NCBI GenBank assembly: GCA_020851075.1
Contig: JADZDL010000020.1
Span: 10,171 to 74,170, forward strand
From: Planctomycetota bacterium
GTDB lineage: Bacteria; Planctomycetota; UBA1135; UBA2386
DNA length: 64,000 bases
Reading direction: 5' to 3'
The notes beneath the pieces were generated by a model, which saw nothing but the letters and a program-made list of their open reading frames with translations, made no database searches and was not told where the DNA came from. Shown here one piece after another: positions 1 to 11,118 of this stretch (position 1 is its first letter; each line of letters begins with the position of its first letter). The translations under genes were made by a program, and so were the position numbers.

Positions 1-51
1 CACGTTGCGGGGGTTCTGGTAGTGGTCGAGGACCTTGTCGCTGTAGGCCAT
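1..51 (-). CDS. iscU: Fe-S cluster scaffold IscU/NifU, 5' end only (continues off the left edge)
   Basis: The reverse complement of 1..51 reads ATG GCC TAC AGC GAC AAG... = MAYSDKVLDHYQNPRNV, the canonical IscU N-terminus. It lies 40 nt downstream of the iscS stop on the same strand. Confidence 0.8.
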   Translation of the reverse strand, partial: MAYSDKVLDHYQNPRNV

Positions 52-90
52 GGTTGGTTCCGGTCAGTTGGTTCTTGGAATGCGGGTTGG

Positions 91-1305
91 TTAGTGGGTG
101 GTCCAGCGGACCTGACTCAGGTCGACGCCTTCTTGGACCATTTCCCACAAGGGGGACATCTCGCGCAGGCGCTTCACTTCGGCGATCACTCGATCGGCCG
201 CGAAGTCGACTTCGGCTTCGGTCGTGAAACGGCCCAGCGAGAAACGGATCGAGCTGTGGGCGAGTTCGTCGCCGAGCCCGAGGCTTTTGAGCACGTAGCT
301 GGGTTCGAGGCTCGCGGAGGTGCAGGCCGAACCCGAGGACACGGCCAGTTCCTTCACGCCCATGATCAACGACTCGCCCTCGACGTACGGGAACGAAACG
401 TTGGCGAGGTGCGGCAGGCGCGCGTCGATGTCGCCGTTGCGCACCGAATCGGGCAACGCCGCGAACAGGCGCGCTTCGAGGCGGTCGCGCAGCGCGCGCA
501 GCTTTGGCACTTCGGTGGCCATTTCCTCGCGGCAGATGCGCGCGGCTTCGCCCATGCCGACGATGCCGGTCACGTTGAGCGTGCCCGAACGCATGCCGCG
601 TTCGTGGCCGCCGCCGTCCATCTGCGAGGTAAGGCGAACGCGCGGGTTCTTGCGGCGCACGTAGAGGCAACCGACGCCCTTGGGGCCGTACATCTTGTGC
701 GCGGAGATCGACATCAGGTCGATGTGCTGCGCTTCGACGTCGAGCGGGATCTTGCCGGGCGCCTGCGTGGCGTCGGTGTGGAACAGCGTGCCCTTCTGCT
801 TGCAGAGCGCCCCGATCTTCTCGATCGGGTGCAGGGTGCCGACTTCGTTGTTGGCGGCCATCAGCGAGACCAGGATGGTCTTGTCGGTGATGGCGGCCGC
901 GAGCTGGTCGAGGTTGATGTGGCCCTTGCCATCGACGGGCAACCAGGTGACTTCGAAGCCCTGGGTCTCCAGGTACTTCATCGGGTCGAGCACGGCCTTG
1001 TGCTCGGTGACCGCGGTGATGAGGTGGTTGCCCTTCGAGCGGTACATCTGGGCCACACCCTTGATCGCCAGGTTGTTGGCCTCGGTCGAACCGCTCGTCC
1101 AGAGGATCTCCTTGCTGTGGGCACCAACCAGTTGGGCCACCTGATTGCGCGCTTCTTCGACGGCGGCTTCGGCGGTCCAACCATACGCGTGGCTGCGGCT
1201 CGCGGCATTGCCAAACGTCTCGGTGAAGAACGGCAGCATGCGCTGGACCACGCGCGGGTCGCACGGCGTCGTGGCGCTGTAGTCGAGATAGACAGGGGAC
1301 TTCAT
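91..1305 (-). CDS. iscS: cysteine desulfurase IscS/NifS (PLP-dependent)
   Basis: 404-aa ORF with the PLP-lysine motif [14 protein letters not shown] and the active-site Cys loop SSGSACTS. Its start overlaps the iscR stop (ATGA). Confidence 0.95.
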   Translation of the reverse strand: MKSPVYLDYSATTPCDPRVVQRMLPFFTETFGNAASRSHAYGWTAEAAVEEARNQVAQLVGAHSKEILWTSGSTEANNLAIKGVAQMYRSKGNHLITAVTEHKAVLDPMKYLETQGFEVTWLPVDGKGHINLDQLAAAITDKTILVSLMAANNEVGTLHPIEKIGALCKQKGTLFHTDATQAPGKIPLDVEAQHIDLMSISAHKMYGPKGVGCLYVRRKNPRVRLTSQMDGGGHERGMRSGTLNVTGIVGMGEAARICREEMATEVPKLRALRDRLEARLFAALPDSVRNGDIDARLPHLANVSFPYVEGESLIMGVKELAVSSGSACTSASLEPSYVLKSLGLGDELAHSSIRFSLGRFTTEAEVDFAADRVIAEVKRLREMSPLWEMVQEGVDLSQVRWTTH

Positions 1306-1889
1306 CGTTGGGAACCGATCGGAAGGGGGCTCGTGGCCCGGGTCAGCGGGACCGCTGCAGGCAGACTGCAGAGTTCGCCGAGGGTGATCTGTTGGAACAG
1401 GTGCGAGATGCGTTCGTGTACGATCCGCATCGGCGCTTTGCTGGGGCAGAAGCCGCTCAGGGAGCAGCCTGAGCCATGGGCCGGGTCGCTGTGCTGGCTC
1501 TTGGCGAGTGCCAGCGGACTTGGCGCTTTGGCCGCGGCGCCGTGAAGCGGGTGGTCATTGCCGTGGTGGTCACCGCCGTGCTCGGCGATGCAATCGACGA
1601 GCGTGAAGCGCCCCTCGACGACCTCGAGGATGGTGGCGAGCGAGATCTCGTGTGGCGCGCGGTTCAGCTTGTAGCCACCCTTGAGGCCCCGCACCGATTC
1701 GAGCAAGCCGTGCTTGGTAAACTCCTTCAGCAGGTTGGCAACAACCGACTTGTTGAGGCCGGCCTGGCGCGCGATCTCGTGGGCGCTCACTACGGAGCTC
1801 TCCGCTGGCCCGCCGGGATAGGCCCCTTGCCGGGCAATGGCGCCCAGCAGGAACACGGCATAGTCAGCTTTCTTGGAGATACGCAGCAT
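1302..1889 (-). CDS. iscR: Rrf2-family transcriptional regulator, IscR-like
   Basis: Rrf2 wHTH N-terminus [19 protein letters not shown] and a C-x5-C motif (GCSLSGFC). Start taken at ATG 1889 (cat at 1887-1889), not the ORF-track start at 1970. First gene of the isc operon. Confidence 0.8.
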   Translation of the reverse strand: MLRISKKADYAVFLLGAIARQGAYPGGPAESSVVSAHEIARQAGLNKSVVANLLKEFTKHGLLESVRGLKGGYKLNRAPHEISLATILEVVEGRFTLVDCIAEHGGDHHGNDHPLHGAAAKAPSPLALAKSQHSDPAHGSGCSLSGFCPSKAPMRIVHERISHLFQQITLGELCSLPAAVPLTRATSPLPIGSQR

Positions 1890-2048
1890 CGTCAAAATCC
1901 TTGCCCATCCGGCCAGCGGAGGACCGTTGCATCGAACGGTGAAGCAAACTAGACCTGGATTAGGGCTCATTCAACGATCGGCTGGAAAAAGCCCCGAATG
2001 TAGGCACATTCTGCGACCGCCGACGTGAACCTGAAAGCCCGTGCCCGC

Positions 2049-2960
2049 ATGACCACCGACACCCCGCCCACGAACCCCCTGGCCGACCTCCTCGGCAACC
2101 TCCTTGCCAACGGCCCGTGCGCGCGCAAAGCCGCCCCGTTCCGGCTGCTCCTCGTTCTGGGGCCTCAGGCTGGCGAGTTCCTGCACCGGCTCTGCAGTCA
2201 GGACGTACTCGGGCTGCTCCCCGGGCAGTTGCTGCCGGCGGCGTTCCTGGATGCCAAGGGCAAGCTGCTCGTGACGGCGCTCGTCGGGCGGCTTGGGGAC
2301 GCGTTCTACCTCGAAGTCCAGGCGGAGCAGGAAGAACGCCTCGCGGCCCTGCTTGAGCGGTACCACTTCACCGAGAAGCTCACGATTGAGCGGCTGGGCG
2401 CTGTGCCGTGTACGGAGCATGTGGTGGCGGGCGAACAGAGTGGCATCACGGCGGGCCCGGTGGTTCGCATCGCGCGGCGCGGGGTGCAGTTTGAGCGCCG
2501 CTACGGCGAGGCTGCGCTGCCGGCGGATTCCGAACCGGCTGTCCCGCAGCCCGCCGGCACGAGTTCGAACGACACCGCCGAATGCCTGCGCATGTTCGCC
2601 GGCTTCGTGCGGGTGGGCATCGAGACCGAACCCACCACGTTGGCGCTCGAGGCGGACCTCGACGACCACTGTTCGCTCACGAAGGGCTGTTACACCGGCC
2701 AGGAGATCATCGCGCGCATCCACACCTACGGGCACACAAACCGCCGGTTGTGCCTGCTGCAACTCGACGCGGGCGATGCGATCACGGCACCCGCCCCGCT
2801 GCACGACGAGGACGAGATCGCGGTCGGGCGCGTCATGCACGCGGTGCCGATGCCGGACCGCGCCATGCGCTTGGGGCTCGGTTATCTGCCGAAGGACTTC
2901 CAGGCGCCGGGCACCGTGCTGCGGCTCGCGGGCGGCGCGCGGGCGACTGTGCTGCGTTAG
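2049..2960 (+). CDS. ygfZ: YgfZ/GcvT-like folate-binding protein (Fe-S cluster maintenance)
   Basis: Contains the YgfZ signature KGCYTGQEIIARI. Divergent from the isc operon. Start uncertain: ATG 2049 or GTG 2025. Confidence 0.7.
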   Translation: MTTDTPPTNPLADLLGNLLANGPCARKAAPFRLLLVLGPQAGEFLHRLCSQDVLGLLPGQLLPAAFLDAKGKLLVTALVGRLGDAFYLEVQAEQEERLAALLERYHFTEKLTIERLGAVPCTEHVVAGEQSGITAGPVVRIARRGVQFERRYGEAALPADSEPAVPQPAGTSSNDTAECLRMFAGFVRVGIETEPTTLALEADLDDHCSLTKGCYTGQEIIARIHTYGHTNRRLCLLQLDAGDAITAPAPLHDEDEIAVGRVMHAVPMPDRAMRLGLGYLPKDFQAPGTVLRLAGGARATVLR

Positions 2961-2979
2961 CGAGAGCGCGGGCTCCGCC

Positions 2980-3783
2980 TCAGTGCAGCGTCTTGCCCGC
3001 GTAGGCGAGCAGCACGTAGCTGCGGCCACCGACGGCTTCGATCGTAAGGTCCAGGCTGTCGGCGCAGAACGCGCGGTCGCCGCACGGGGCGTGCGTCGTG
3101 GTGCCGGCGTGGGTGATCCTGGACGAACCTTCGCTGCGCACGAACAGCAGTACTTCCACGGCGGGCGGCAGGCCCGGAATCTCCTGGACGCGCAGCGAAG
3201 TGCCGGCGGCGAGCACGACTTCGTCGAGACTCAACGTCGCCGCTTTATAGTCGGGCGCGAACACCCGTTCGATCGTGACCGCACCGACAGGCAGCCGCTG
3301 CATGCGCCGCGGCGGCAGCGACTCGGGCGCGGTCGGGAACGTCTCGGCGGGTCGCCATTCGCCCGAATTGGGGTCAAACGACTTGCCGCTGCCGGCCATC
3401 GGCAACAGCGGCTTCTGGCCGAACGCGGCGCGACCTTCTGCGGGTGCCGCAATCTGCGGTTGCCGGGCGCTCACCAGCAGGATCTCGCCGGTGCCGTTCT
3501 CGGCCCGGAAGGTCGTGCGCGGCGGCAGGAACACGGCCATCGGCCGCCCTTCCAACGGGGTCGTGCGCGCGCCGCGGGCTTGCCACACGGTCGGGCCGCC
3601 GTGCAGGTCGAACGTGCCCGACAGCAACACGACGCAGGTCTCGCCTTCCCCGGTGGTGATGGCGTCCTGGGCCGCAGGGCGCCACAGCTGGACTTCGGTG
3701 CACCACTTCGCCTCGCCCGCCGCCGCCACGCGCAGACGATCGTTGCCAGTCCCATCGCCACCAGTCCACGAGAGCGGGTTCAC
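2980..3783 (-). CDS. hypothetical protein, cupin-like beta-barrel (function unknown)
   Basis: 267 aa counted from GTG 3783, which overlaps the upstream stop (GTGA). Two cupin-like halves, but no metal-binding His motif that I can recognise. Confidence 0.5.
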   Translation of the reverse strand: MNPLSWTGGDGTGNDRLRVAAAGEAKWCTEVQLWRPAAQDAITTGEGETCVVLLSGTFDLHGGPTVWQARGARTTPLEGRPMAVFLPPRTTFRAENGTGEILLVSARQPQIAAPAEGRAAFGQKPLLPMAGSGKSFDPNSGEWRPAETFPTAPESLPPRRMQRLPVGAVTIERVFAPDYKAATLSLDEVVLAAGTSLRVQEIPGLPPAVEVLLFVRSEGSSRITHAGTTTHAPCGDRAFCADSLDLTIEAVGGRSYVLLAYAGKTLH

Positions 3784-5147
3784 TTCGGCTCCTTCTTGTC
3801 GCCGAGGACCTCGAGCTTCGCATCGGCGAGGATCTTCGCGGACAGTTCCTTCGAACGTAGTTCGCGCAGGCGTTCGAGCAGCTGTTCGTCGGCGAGCGGC
3901 GGTTCGATGTCGGTGCACTTCACGAGCAGGTAGCCATCCTTGTCGCGGACCGGCTGACTCACTTCGTCCGCAGCGAGCGCAAACGCGGCCGCGAGCACAC
4001 TCTCGGGAATGCTCGGCGACTTGCGCGTGTGCCAGCCGAGGTCGCCACCTTGCGCCTTGCTGGCGGGCTCCTGGCTCTCGATGCGCGCGATGACGTCGAA
4101 CGTGTCCTTCTCGAGTCGCTGCCGCACTTCGGCGATCTTCTTCTCGGCCGCCGGGAAGTCGAGCGGGATGAGCGCGTTCGGTTCGTCGAGCGCGCGCACG
4201 AAGATCAGGCTGATGCGACGCCGTGGCCCGACTTTCTCAAGGATCGCCTCCCGGTCGCGTTCGAGGTCGGCGCGCAGCACGGAGTCCGGGTAGACCTTCG
4301 CACTCAACTGCTCGAGCATGACCTTGGCCCGGAAGATGCGGCTCTGTTTGAGGCCGGTCACCGTCATGCCGGTCGTGGTCTTCAGGACCTGCTCGAAGGG
4401 CAGGCCGTGGAAGCGCGGATCGCGAGCGTTCTCCTTCTTGCGCTCTTCCACCGCGGCTTCGATGTCGGCAAGGGAAGGTTCGACGCCCTCGGTCTTGGCG
4501 AAAGCCTCGATCGACTGCAGGTAGACAAACTGCGTGATGAACTTGCGGCGCTCGTCTTCCTCACTCGTGCGCAGCAGCAGCGTGCCGAGTTCGACCATCG
4601 GGATCGTCTCGCCGTCGATCACGGCGGCACTGCCGATCGGCAGCACATCGGGGTCGATCTCGATCTTGGCCTGCTTGCGCGCTTCCTGCTGCCAGAGGCG
4701 CAACATGTCGCCGCTGACCGGATCCTTGGGGCCGAGTTCGAGCTCGGCGCGCACCAGGCGTTCCTGCGCCATCTGGATCGCGAGGTAGCGCAGCCATTCG
4801 GCTTCGCCGGTGTTGCGCACGGCCGCGAACTCTTCGGGCTTCTTGCCGGCCGCGCGCAGCTGGGCCTGCAGATCGGCCCAGAACCTACGCACCTCCTCGT
4901 CGGTGGGCATCAGGTTCTTCTTGGTAGCCGCGCGGCGCGTGAGCACGGCGTCGACGAGCACATCGCAGGCCTGCAGGCCGAGTTCCTGGCGGCGCAGGTG
5001 GAACGCCATCTCGACCGCGACGTCGGTGCGCGTCACCGCGGCCGGTTTGCCGCCGAGCTGGAACGTGGCGAGCACGTCGTTTGGCTCTTGGGGTGGGAGC
5101 GCGAACGCGGCAAGGCTGAGACTGAGCGTGGTGAGCAGGGGCATCAT
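3780..5147 (-). CDS. secreted peptidyl-prolyl isomerase, SurA/PrsA-like (parvulin domain)
   Basis: Signal peptide MMPLLTTLSLSLAAFALP. C-terminal parvulin-type segment GGDLGWHTR...DKDGYLLVK. Long helical chaperone-like N-terminal region. Confidence 0.7.
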   Translation of the reverse strand: MMPLLTTLSLSLAAFALPPQEPNDVLATFQLGGKPAAVTRTDVAVEMAFHLRRQELGLQACDVLVDAVLTRRAATKKNLMPTDEEVRRFWADLQAQLRAAGKKPEEFAAVRNTGEAEWLRYLAIQMAQERLVRAELELGPKDPVSGDMLRLWQQEARKQAKIEIDPDVLPIGSAAVIDGETIPMVELGTLLLRTSEEDERRKFITQFVYLQSIEAFAKTEGVEPSLADIEAAVEERKKENARDPRFHGLPFEQVLKTTTGMTVTGLKQSRIFRAKVMLEQLSAKVYPDSVLRADLERDREAILEKVGPRRRISLIFVRALDEPNALIPLDFPAAEKKIAEVRQRLEKDTFDVIARIESQEPASKAQGGDLGWHTRKSPSIPESVLAAAFALAADEVSQPVRDKDGYLLVKCTDIEPPLADEQLLERLRELRSKELSAKILADAKLEVLGDKKEPK

Positions 5148-5183
5148 CGGCGGGGCGGAGAGGATAGCAGACGGCGAACCCGG

Positions 5184-6446
5184 CTACCTCTTGCGCAGCA
5201 GGTTCCAGGTATCCGCGGCGACCGCGAACGTGAGCAGGCCGAAGGCACCGTGCGTAAGCAGCGGGCTGCCCAAACGCAGGGCGATTGGCATGGCGAGCAG
5301 GCCGAGCGTCCACAGCGCGGCCGTTTGCCACGCAAGGCCCGGCTTCGGCATGCGGTGGGCTTGACCTTCTCCCGCGTGCAGGCGCTGCGCGAGTGGCCAG
5401 AGTCGCTGGCCGATGCCGAGCACCAGGGAGCCAACCCCACCGAGCAGCAGGATCGCGCCGTAGGTCGACCACCAACTGGCAGCGAGCCCATGCAGGTGCA
5501 GCGCGGTGCCGAGCAGGAGTGCGACTGCAAACGAGAGCACGGCGCAGAGCAGGAGCAGGTGCGCCGGCATCCAAGGCGGCAGGTTTGCCGGGGCGGGTGG
5601 GCGCCGTTGCAGCAGCATCGCGACCACGGTGGCGAGCCAGGCGAACGCGCCGCCCGCGAGCAGCCACAGGCCGAGATCGAGCCAGCCTGGCAGCAACGCG
5701 CCGAGGCCCGCTACGAACCCGCCACCGCCAAGGCCGAGCACGGCGCACAGGGCGAGCCACGAGGGGGGCGGCAACGCCGGCAGGAACATCGGCAGCAGCC
5801 GCAGGCCGACGGCGGCAATGAGTGTTCCGGCAAAACCGCCGAGCGCCAGATGCGCGTGTGCAAACACCGCGTCGAGCGGATCCGTGGGCAGGATCGTACG
5901 GCTGTGTTGCAGCGCGAGCGCGCCGCCGAGGCAGACGGCGAGCAGCAGGTTGGTCCACGCGAGCAGGTTGCCGAGTTTGCTCGCGAACGGCACTTTGGCG
6001 CGCAGCACGGGCAGCACGAAGCGCGGCAGTTGCAGCAGCAGTGCCACGAGCAGGAGCAGCGCCGACCACTGCACGCCGCCGTAGGTGCCGAGTGCCATGT
6101 GCGACGCGACCCCGGTGGCCGTGAGCTGCACGGCGACGAGCAGGAACCAATCGCGCCAATCGGCGCGCAGTTTGCTGCCCATGGCGAGGTGGAGCACGAC
6201 CGGAAACACGCCGATGCAGGTCGTCGCGATGCAGCCCAACGTGATCAGGTGCACGCAGGCGAGCACTTCGGGATGCAGTACCGAGCCCAGCAGGCCCTGG
6301 GGCCGCAGCGCTGTCCAAGCAAGGGCCGCGAGCAGGCTCAGATGCGCGAGCACGAGGTGGGCGCGCAACAGCCGGAGCGACCAGACGACCGCCGGGGGAC
6401 GGGCCGATGGGACCGGTGGGGCTGGTGGTGGGGCGGGAGGCGGCAT
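5184..6446 (-). CDS. polytopic integral membrane protein, unknown function
   Basis: 420 aa, about 10-12 hydrophobic helices, Pro-rich N-terminus. Directly downstream of the pst operon on the same strand. Confidence 0.6.
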   Translation of the reverse strand: MPPPAPPPAPPVPSARPPAVVWSLRLLRAHLVLAHLSLLAALAWTALRPQGLLGSVLHPEVLACVHLITLGCIATTCIGVFPVVLHLAMGSKLRADWRDWFLLVAVQLTATGVASHMALGTYGGVQWSALLLLVALLLQLPRFVLPVLRAKVPFASKLGNLLAWTNLLLAVCLGGALALQHSRTILPTDPLDAVFAHAHLALGGFAGTLIAAVGLRLLPMFLPALPPPSWLALCAVLGLGGGGFVAGLGALLPGWLDLGLWLLAGGAFAWLATVVAMLLQRRPPAPANLPPWMPAHLLLLCAVLSFAVALLLGTALHLHGLAASWWSTYGAILLLGGVGSLVLGIGQRLWPLAQRLHAGEGQAHRMPKPGLAWQTAALWTLGLLAMPIALRLGSPLLTHGAFGLLTFAVAADTWNLLRKR

Positions 6447-6476
6447 CGCGGAAGAAGGCCCTCCACCATACTGCGA

Positions 6477-7281
<805 letters not shown>

Positions 7282-7289
<8 letters not shown>

Positions 7290-8049
7290 AACGACCCTCC
7301 AGGTAGTCCACGGTGCTCTGTTCGCGAGCGCCGCCCGAGAACAGGGCCTCGGTGGGCGCGATCTCGACGCAGAGGCCGCCGAGGAAGAACGACGTGCGGT
7401 CGGCGAGGCGGCGGGCCTGCTGCACGAGGTTGGTGACCAGCACGATGGTGAGTTCCTGCCGCAGTTCCTTGAGCACCTCTTCGATGCGCATCGTCGTCAC
7501 GGGATCGACGGCGATCGAGAACTCATCGAGCAACAGCAGCTCGGGGTCCTGCGACAACGCGCGCGCGATCGTGAGGCGCTGTTGCTGGCCACCGCTGAGC
7601 AGTGAGCCGAGGCCTTTCAGGCGGTCCTTCACTTCGTCCCACAAGGCCGCGCGACGCAGGCAACGTTCGACGATCTCATCGAGCTGCGCGTGCTTGGTGA
7701 TGCCCGACAAGCGCGGCGACAGCGCGACGTTGTCGTAGATGGACAGCGGCAGGCCGACCGGCAGCGGGAAGACCACGCCGATGCGTTTGCGCAGCGCGTA
7801 GAGGTTGCGCACGGTGCGGACATCGCGCCCGGCGAATGTGATGTCGCCGAGCACCTGCATGCCCGGCACGAACTCGTCCATGCGGTTCAACGCGCGCAGG
7901 AACGAGGTCTTGCCGGCGTTGGCCGGGCCGATGATGCCGAAGATCTCGTTGGTCTTGATGTCGAGATCGACGCCCTGCAGGGCCACCTTGTCGCCGTAGT
8001 GGATTGACAGGCCGCGCACCGATACGAGGGGAGGCGGTTCGGTTACCAC
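7282..8049 (-). CDS. PstB paralog with degenerate Q-loop and H-loop
   Basis: Walker A GPANAGKT, signature LSGGQQQR, Walker B LLLLDE and C-terminus DYLEGRFG are present. The Q-loop reads VVFPLP (no Gln) and the H-loop reads LVTNLVQQA (no His). GTG start at 8049 abuts the pstA TAA. Confidence 0.85.
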
Positions 8050-8930
8050 TTCTTCCTCCCGCGCAGGCGCATGCGGAACGCGATCGCGGTGCCGTTCAGC
8101 GCTAGCACCACGATGATGAGCACGAGGGCCACCGAGAACGGCAGGTGGTGCGGCACGTCGGTGAGCTGGGTCGAGACGTTGAACAGGTGCAGCGACAGCG
8201 CCATCGTCTTGTCGAACACACTCTGCGGCGCCATCGAGCGCAGGAAGACGGCGCCCGTGAACATGATCGGAGCGGTTTCTCCGACGGCGCGGCAGACGCA
8301 GAGGATGAGGCCCGTGAGGATGCCGCTGCCGGAGTTGGGTAGCACGACGCGCCAGATCGTCTGCCAGCGCGTGGCCCCCATGCTCCAGCACGCTTCGCGG
8401 AACGCCTTCGGCACGGCCTGCAGCGACTCGCGCGTGGCGACGATCACGACCGGCAGCGTCATCACGGCGAGCGTGCAGCTGGCGGCGAGGATCGACTTGC
8501 CGAAGTGCAGGAAGTGCACGAAGGCGCCGACGCCAAACAACGCGTGTACGATCGACGGCACGCCGGCGAGGTTCACGATTGCGACGTTGATCGTGCGCGT
8601 GAGCCAGTTGTCGCGCGCGTATTCACTGAGGTAGATCGCCGCGGCGACGCCGAGGGGCAGCGCGAGCAGCAGCGCGCCGGCCGTGAGCCAGAGCGTGCCG
8701 AGCAGCGGCAGGCCGATGCCGCCCGCGGCACCGTTGCTGCGCGGCGGGTCGACGAGGAAGCTCCAGGACAAGCCGGGGGCGCCTTCGACGACGAGCACGC
8801 CGAGAATCAGCAGGGCCGGCACGACGAGCAGCAGGGCCACCGCGAGCAGCAGCGTGCGGACGAGCTGCTGGATCGTGTGGTTGCGCTTCTCGAGCGGCGT
8901 TGCCACGAACATCGGGTCGATGGTGGTCAT
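8043..8930 (-). CDS. pstA: phosphate ABC transporter permease PstA
   Basis: 295 aa from ATG 8930 (ATGA overlap with the pstC stop). Six TM segments and the permease EAA-type loop ESLQAVPKAFREACWSMGATRWQ. Confidence 0.9.
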   Translation of the reverse strand: MTTIDPMFVATPLEKRNHTIQQLVRTLLLAVALLLVVPALLILGVLVVEGAPGLSWSFLVDPPRSNGAAGGIGLPLLGTLWLTAGALLLALPLGVAAAIYLSEYARDNWLTRTINVAIVNLAGVPSIVHALFGVGAFVHFLHFGKSILAASCTLAVMTLPVVIVATRESLQAVPKAFREACWSMGATRWQTIWRVVLPNSGSGILTGLILCVCRAVGETAPIMFTGAVFLRSMAPQSVFDKTMALSLHLFNVSTQLTDVPHHLPFSVALVLIIVVLALNGTAIAFRMRLRGRKKW

Positions 8931-9937
8931 GCGCGACTCCTTCGACCGCGCACGATCCAGTCGGCCGTGAGGTTGATGCCGAACGTGATGCCAAACAGCA
9001 GCAGGCCGAGCACGAACAGCACCTGGTAGTGTTCGCTGCCGTGCGCCGCTTCGCCGAGTTCGGCGGCGATCGTGGCCGTGATGGTGGCCGCCGAATCGAA
9101 CACGCTTTCGGGGATCATGAGCCGGTGGCCGCTGGCCATGAGCACGGCGATCGTCTCGCCGAACGCGCGGCCGATGCCGAGCAGCACGGCGGCGGAGAGG
9201 CCGGGGCGGGCATGCGGCAACACGACCTTCCAGATCACCTGCCACCGCGATGCGCCGAGCGCTTCGGCAGCCTCGCGATACGTCTCGGGCACGGCCTTCA
9301 AGGCATCTTCGGCGATCGTCGTGATGATCGGCGCGGCCATCAGGCCGAGGATGATGCCGGCGTTGAGCACGTTCAGGCCGACCTGCACGCCGAACACGTG
9401 CTGGATGATCGGCTTCATGACCTGCAGGCCGATCACGCCCCAGACGACGGACGGGATCGCGGCGAGCAGTTCGATGAGGATCTTCAGCCACTCGCGTTGT
9501 CTACCGCGCGCGAACTCGCCGATGTAGATCGCCGCGCCGAACGCCAGGGGCACCGCGATGATCATGGCGACGCCGGTGATCCAGCAGGTGCCCATGATGA
9601 GCGGCAAGGCGCCGTATTCTGGAGGCTCGACGGTCGGTTCCCAGCGTTTGCCGAACAGGAAGTCGAGCCAGTTGAGGTGGTGCAGCGCGAAGTCGATGCC
9701 CTGGGACGCGATGAAGACGAAGATTGCGCCGATGAACAGGATCGCCGACAAGCCACCACCGAGCACGGCGAGGCGGGCAATGCAGTCAAACCACCACGTA
9801 CGATCGCGGTGGTCGAGCGCAGTGGCCCATTCGTGATGGCCCGCATGCCGCAACGGCAGTGGGCCGGGGGACGCTGGCTGGGGGGACGCCGGCTTTGGCG
9901 GCGGGCCGGCGGAATCCTTGTTGGGGTCGGAAGTCAC
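8927..9937 (-). CDS. pstC: phosphate ABC transporter permease PstC
   Basis: 336 aa with the EAA loop EDALKAVPETYREAAEALGASRWQ. Pro-rich N-terminal extension. Confidence 0.9.
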   Translation of the reverse strand: MTSDPNKDSAGPPPKPASPQPASPGPLPLRHAGHHEWATALDHRDRTWWFDCIARLAVLGGGLSAILFIGAIFVFIASQGIDFALHHLNWLDFLFGKRWEPTVEPPEYGALPLIMGTCWITGVAMIIAVPLAFGAAIYIGEFARGRQREWLKILIELLAAIPSVVWGVIGLQVMKPIIQHVFGVQVGLNVLNAGIILGLMAAPIITTIAEDALKAVPETYREAAEALGASRWQVIWKVVLPHARPGLSAAVLLGIGRAFGETIAVLMASGHRLMIPESVFDSAATITATIAAELGEAAHGSEHYQVLFVLGLLLFGITFGINLTADWIVRGRRSRA

Positions 9938-9941
9938 GAAA

Positions 9942-11006
9942 TCAGCTCGCCTGGTCGCCGCGCAGTCGTTCCATGAGGTCCCGCACGCGCGGGGTCAGTT
10001 CGCGATACACCGCCTCGGGCGTAGCCGCGACGTCGATTTCCCACACGACTACCGTGGTGTGGAACGGCATCTTGCCGATCGATTCCCGAGCGCCCTTGCC
10101 GAGGCCGACGATGACCTGGAAGTCATCGAGCTGGTCCTTCAGGGTTGGCAACGACGTCGGCCACGCTTTGCCAAGGTCGATGCCGACGGTCTGGGCAAAA
10201 CGCTGGTAGGCGGGGTCGATCTCCTCGCTGCACTTCCAGCCAGCGCTGCGGTAGCGACCACTCTGTGGGAACGCCTTGCGCGTGAAATGTTCCGCGAGCT
10301 GGCTCGGCCCGCTGTTCTCGGCATCGACGAACAGGATCTGGAAGGTCTTCTCGGCCTTGATCTTGCCCGTGACCACGAACACCGTCTCTTCGCAGATGTT
10401 CTTCGCCTGGTGGATCACGCGTTCGAGGCGGTTGAACGTCGCCATGAGCGAGAACAGGTCGCTGACCGGCCGGCTGTGCGCTTCCCCCTCGGTGACGAGG
10501 TCGGTGAAGACCCGGTCGAAGTACTGCGCAAACTGGGCGGCGCTGGTCAACGTCGCCTGGGCGAGGCCCACATCGCGCGTCTGGAAGCTGCGCAGGCCGT
10601 CGTGCAGCATGCGGCGCGCGTGTTCGGCCATCATCTCGACGTCGCGGGCCACCACGGGCGGCGGCTGGGTCGACAACTGGGCCACGGTGCGCGAAATCGT
10701 CGCCGCGTAGTCGCCGATGCGCTCCAGCCCGATCGTAAGCCGCAGCACCGAGCTCACGTAGCGCAGGTGCCCGGCACTCGGCAGGTGCCTCGCCACGAAC
10801 GCGTGGCAAGCCCGGTCCAGCTCCCGCGTGCGCCGGTTGACCGTGTAGTCGCCGAGCACGGTGGCCGCGGCGAGGTCCTTGTCGAGCGTGAGCACGGCGC
10901 GCACGGCGTTCTCGATCCCCTCGTGGATGGCATTACCAACAATGCCGACGAGGTCCTGGATCCAAGCGAGGTCCTTCTGCAGGCGTTCTTCGTAGTGGGA
11001 GGGCAC
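9942..11006 (-). CDS. phoU: PhoU-domain protein fused to a degenerate LMW-PTP/ArsC-like domain
   Basis: The N-terminal ~215 aa are PhoU-type helical repeats. The C-terminal ~135 aa align to the LMW phosphatase fold (ILFVDAENSGPSQLAE, RSAG, GIDL), but the C-x5-R Cys and Arg are absent. Confidence 0.85.
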   Translation of the reverse strand: MPSHYEERLQKDLAWIQDLVGIVGNAIHEGIENAVRAVLTLDKDLAAATVLGDYTVNRRTRELDRACHAFVARHLPSAGHLRYVSSVLRLTIGLERIGDYAATISRTVAQLSTQPPPVVARDVEMMAEHARRMLHDGLRSFQTRDVGLAQATLTSAAQFAQYFDRVFTDLVTEGEAHSRPVSDLFSLMATFNRLERVIHQAKNICEETVFVVTGKIKAEKTFQILFVDAENSGPSQLAEHFTRKAFPQSGRYRSAGWKCSEEIDPAYQRFAQTVGIDLGKAWPTSLPTLKDQLDDFQVIVGLGKGARESIGKMPFHTTVVVWEIDVAATPEAVYRELTPRVRDLMERLRGDQAS

Positions 11007-11118
11007 GGCGGGTCGGGCGCGAGGAAACGATGGTGGGGAGGAGTCTGCCGAGCATCTGACCGTGCCATCGGGCGTTCGTCGAGAGGAACGCCTGGGAAGT
11101 TGTTGGCGCGGCCGCCGG

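Noticed and set aside
2980-3783. 5-deoxy-glucuronate isomerase (IolB) or KduI call for the cupin-like protein.
   Set aside because: The N-terminal half loosely resembles IolB, but the metal-binding PPHKHD-type motif is absent and there is no inositol or pectin gene context.
5184-6446. NnrS-like or other named family for the 420-aa polytopic membrane protein downstream of pstB.
   Set aside because: Only the size and TM count are similar. I see no characteristic conserved His motifs, so it stays as unknown function.
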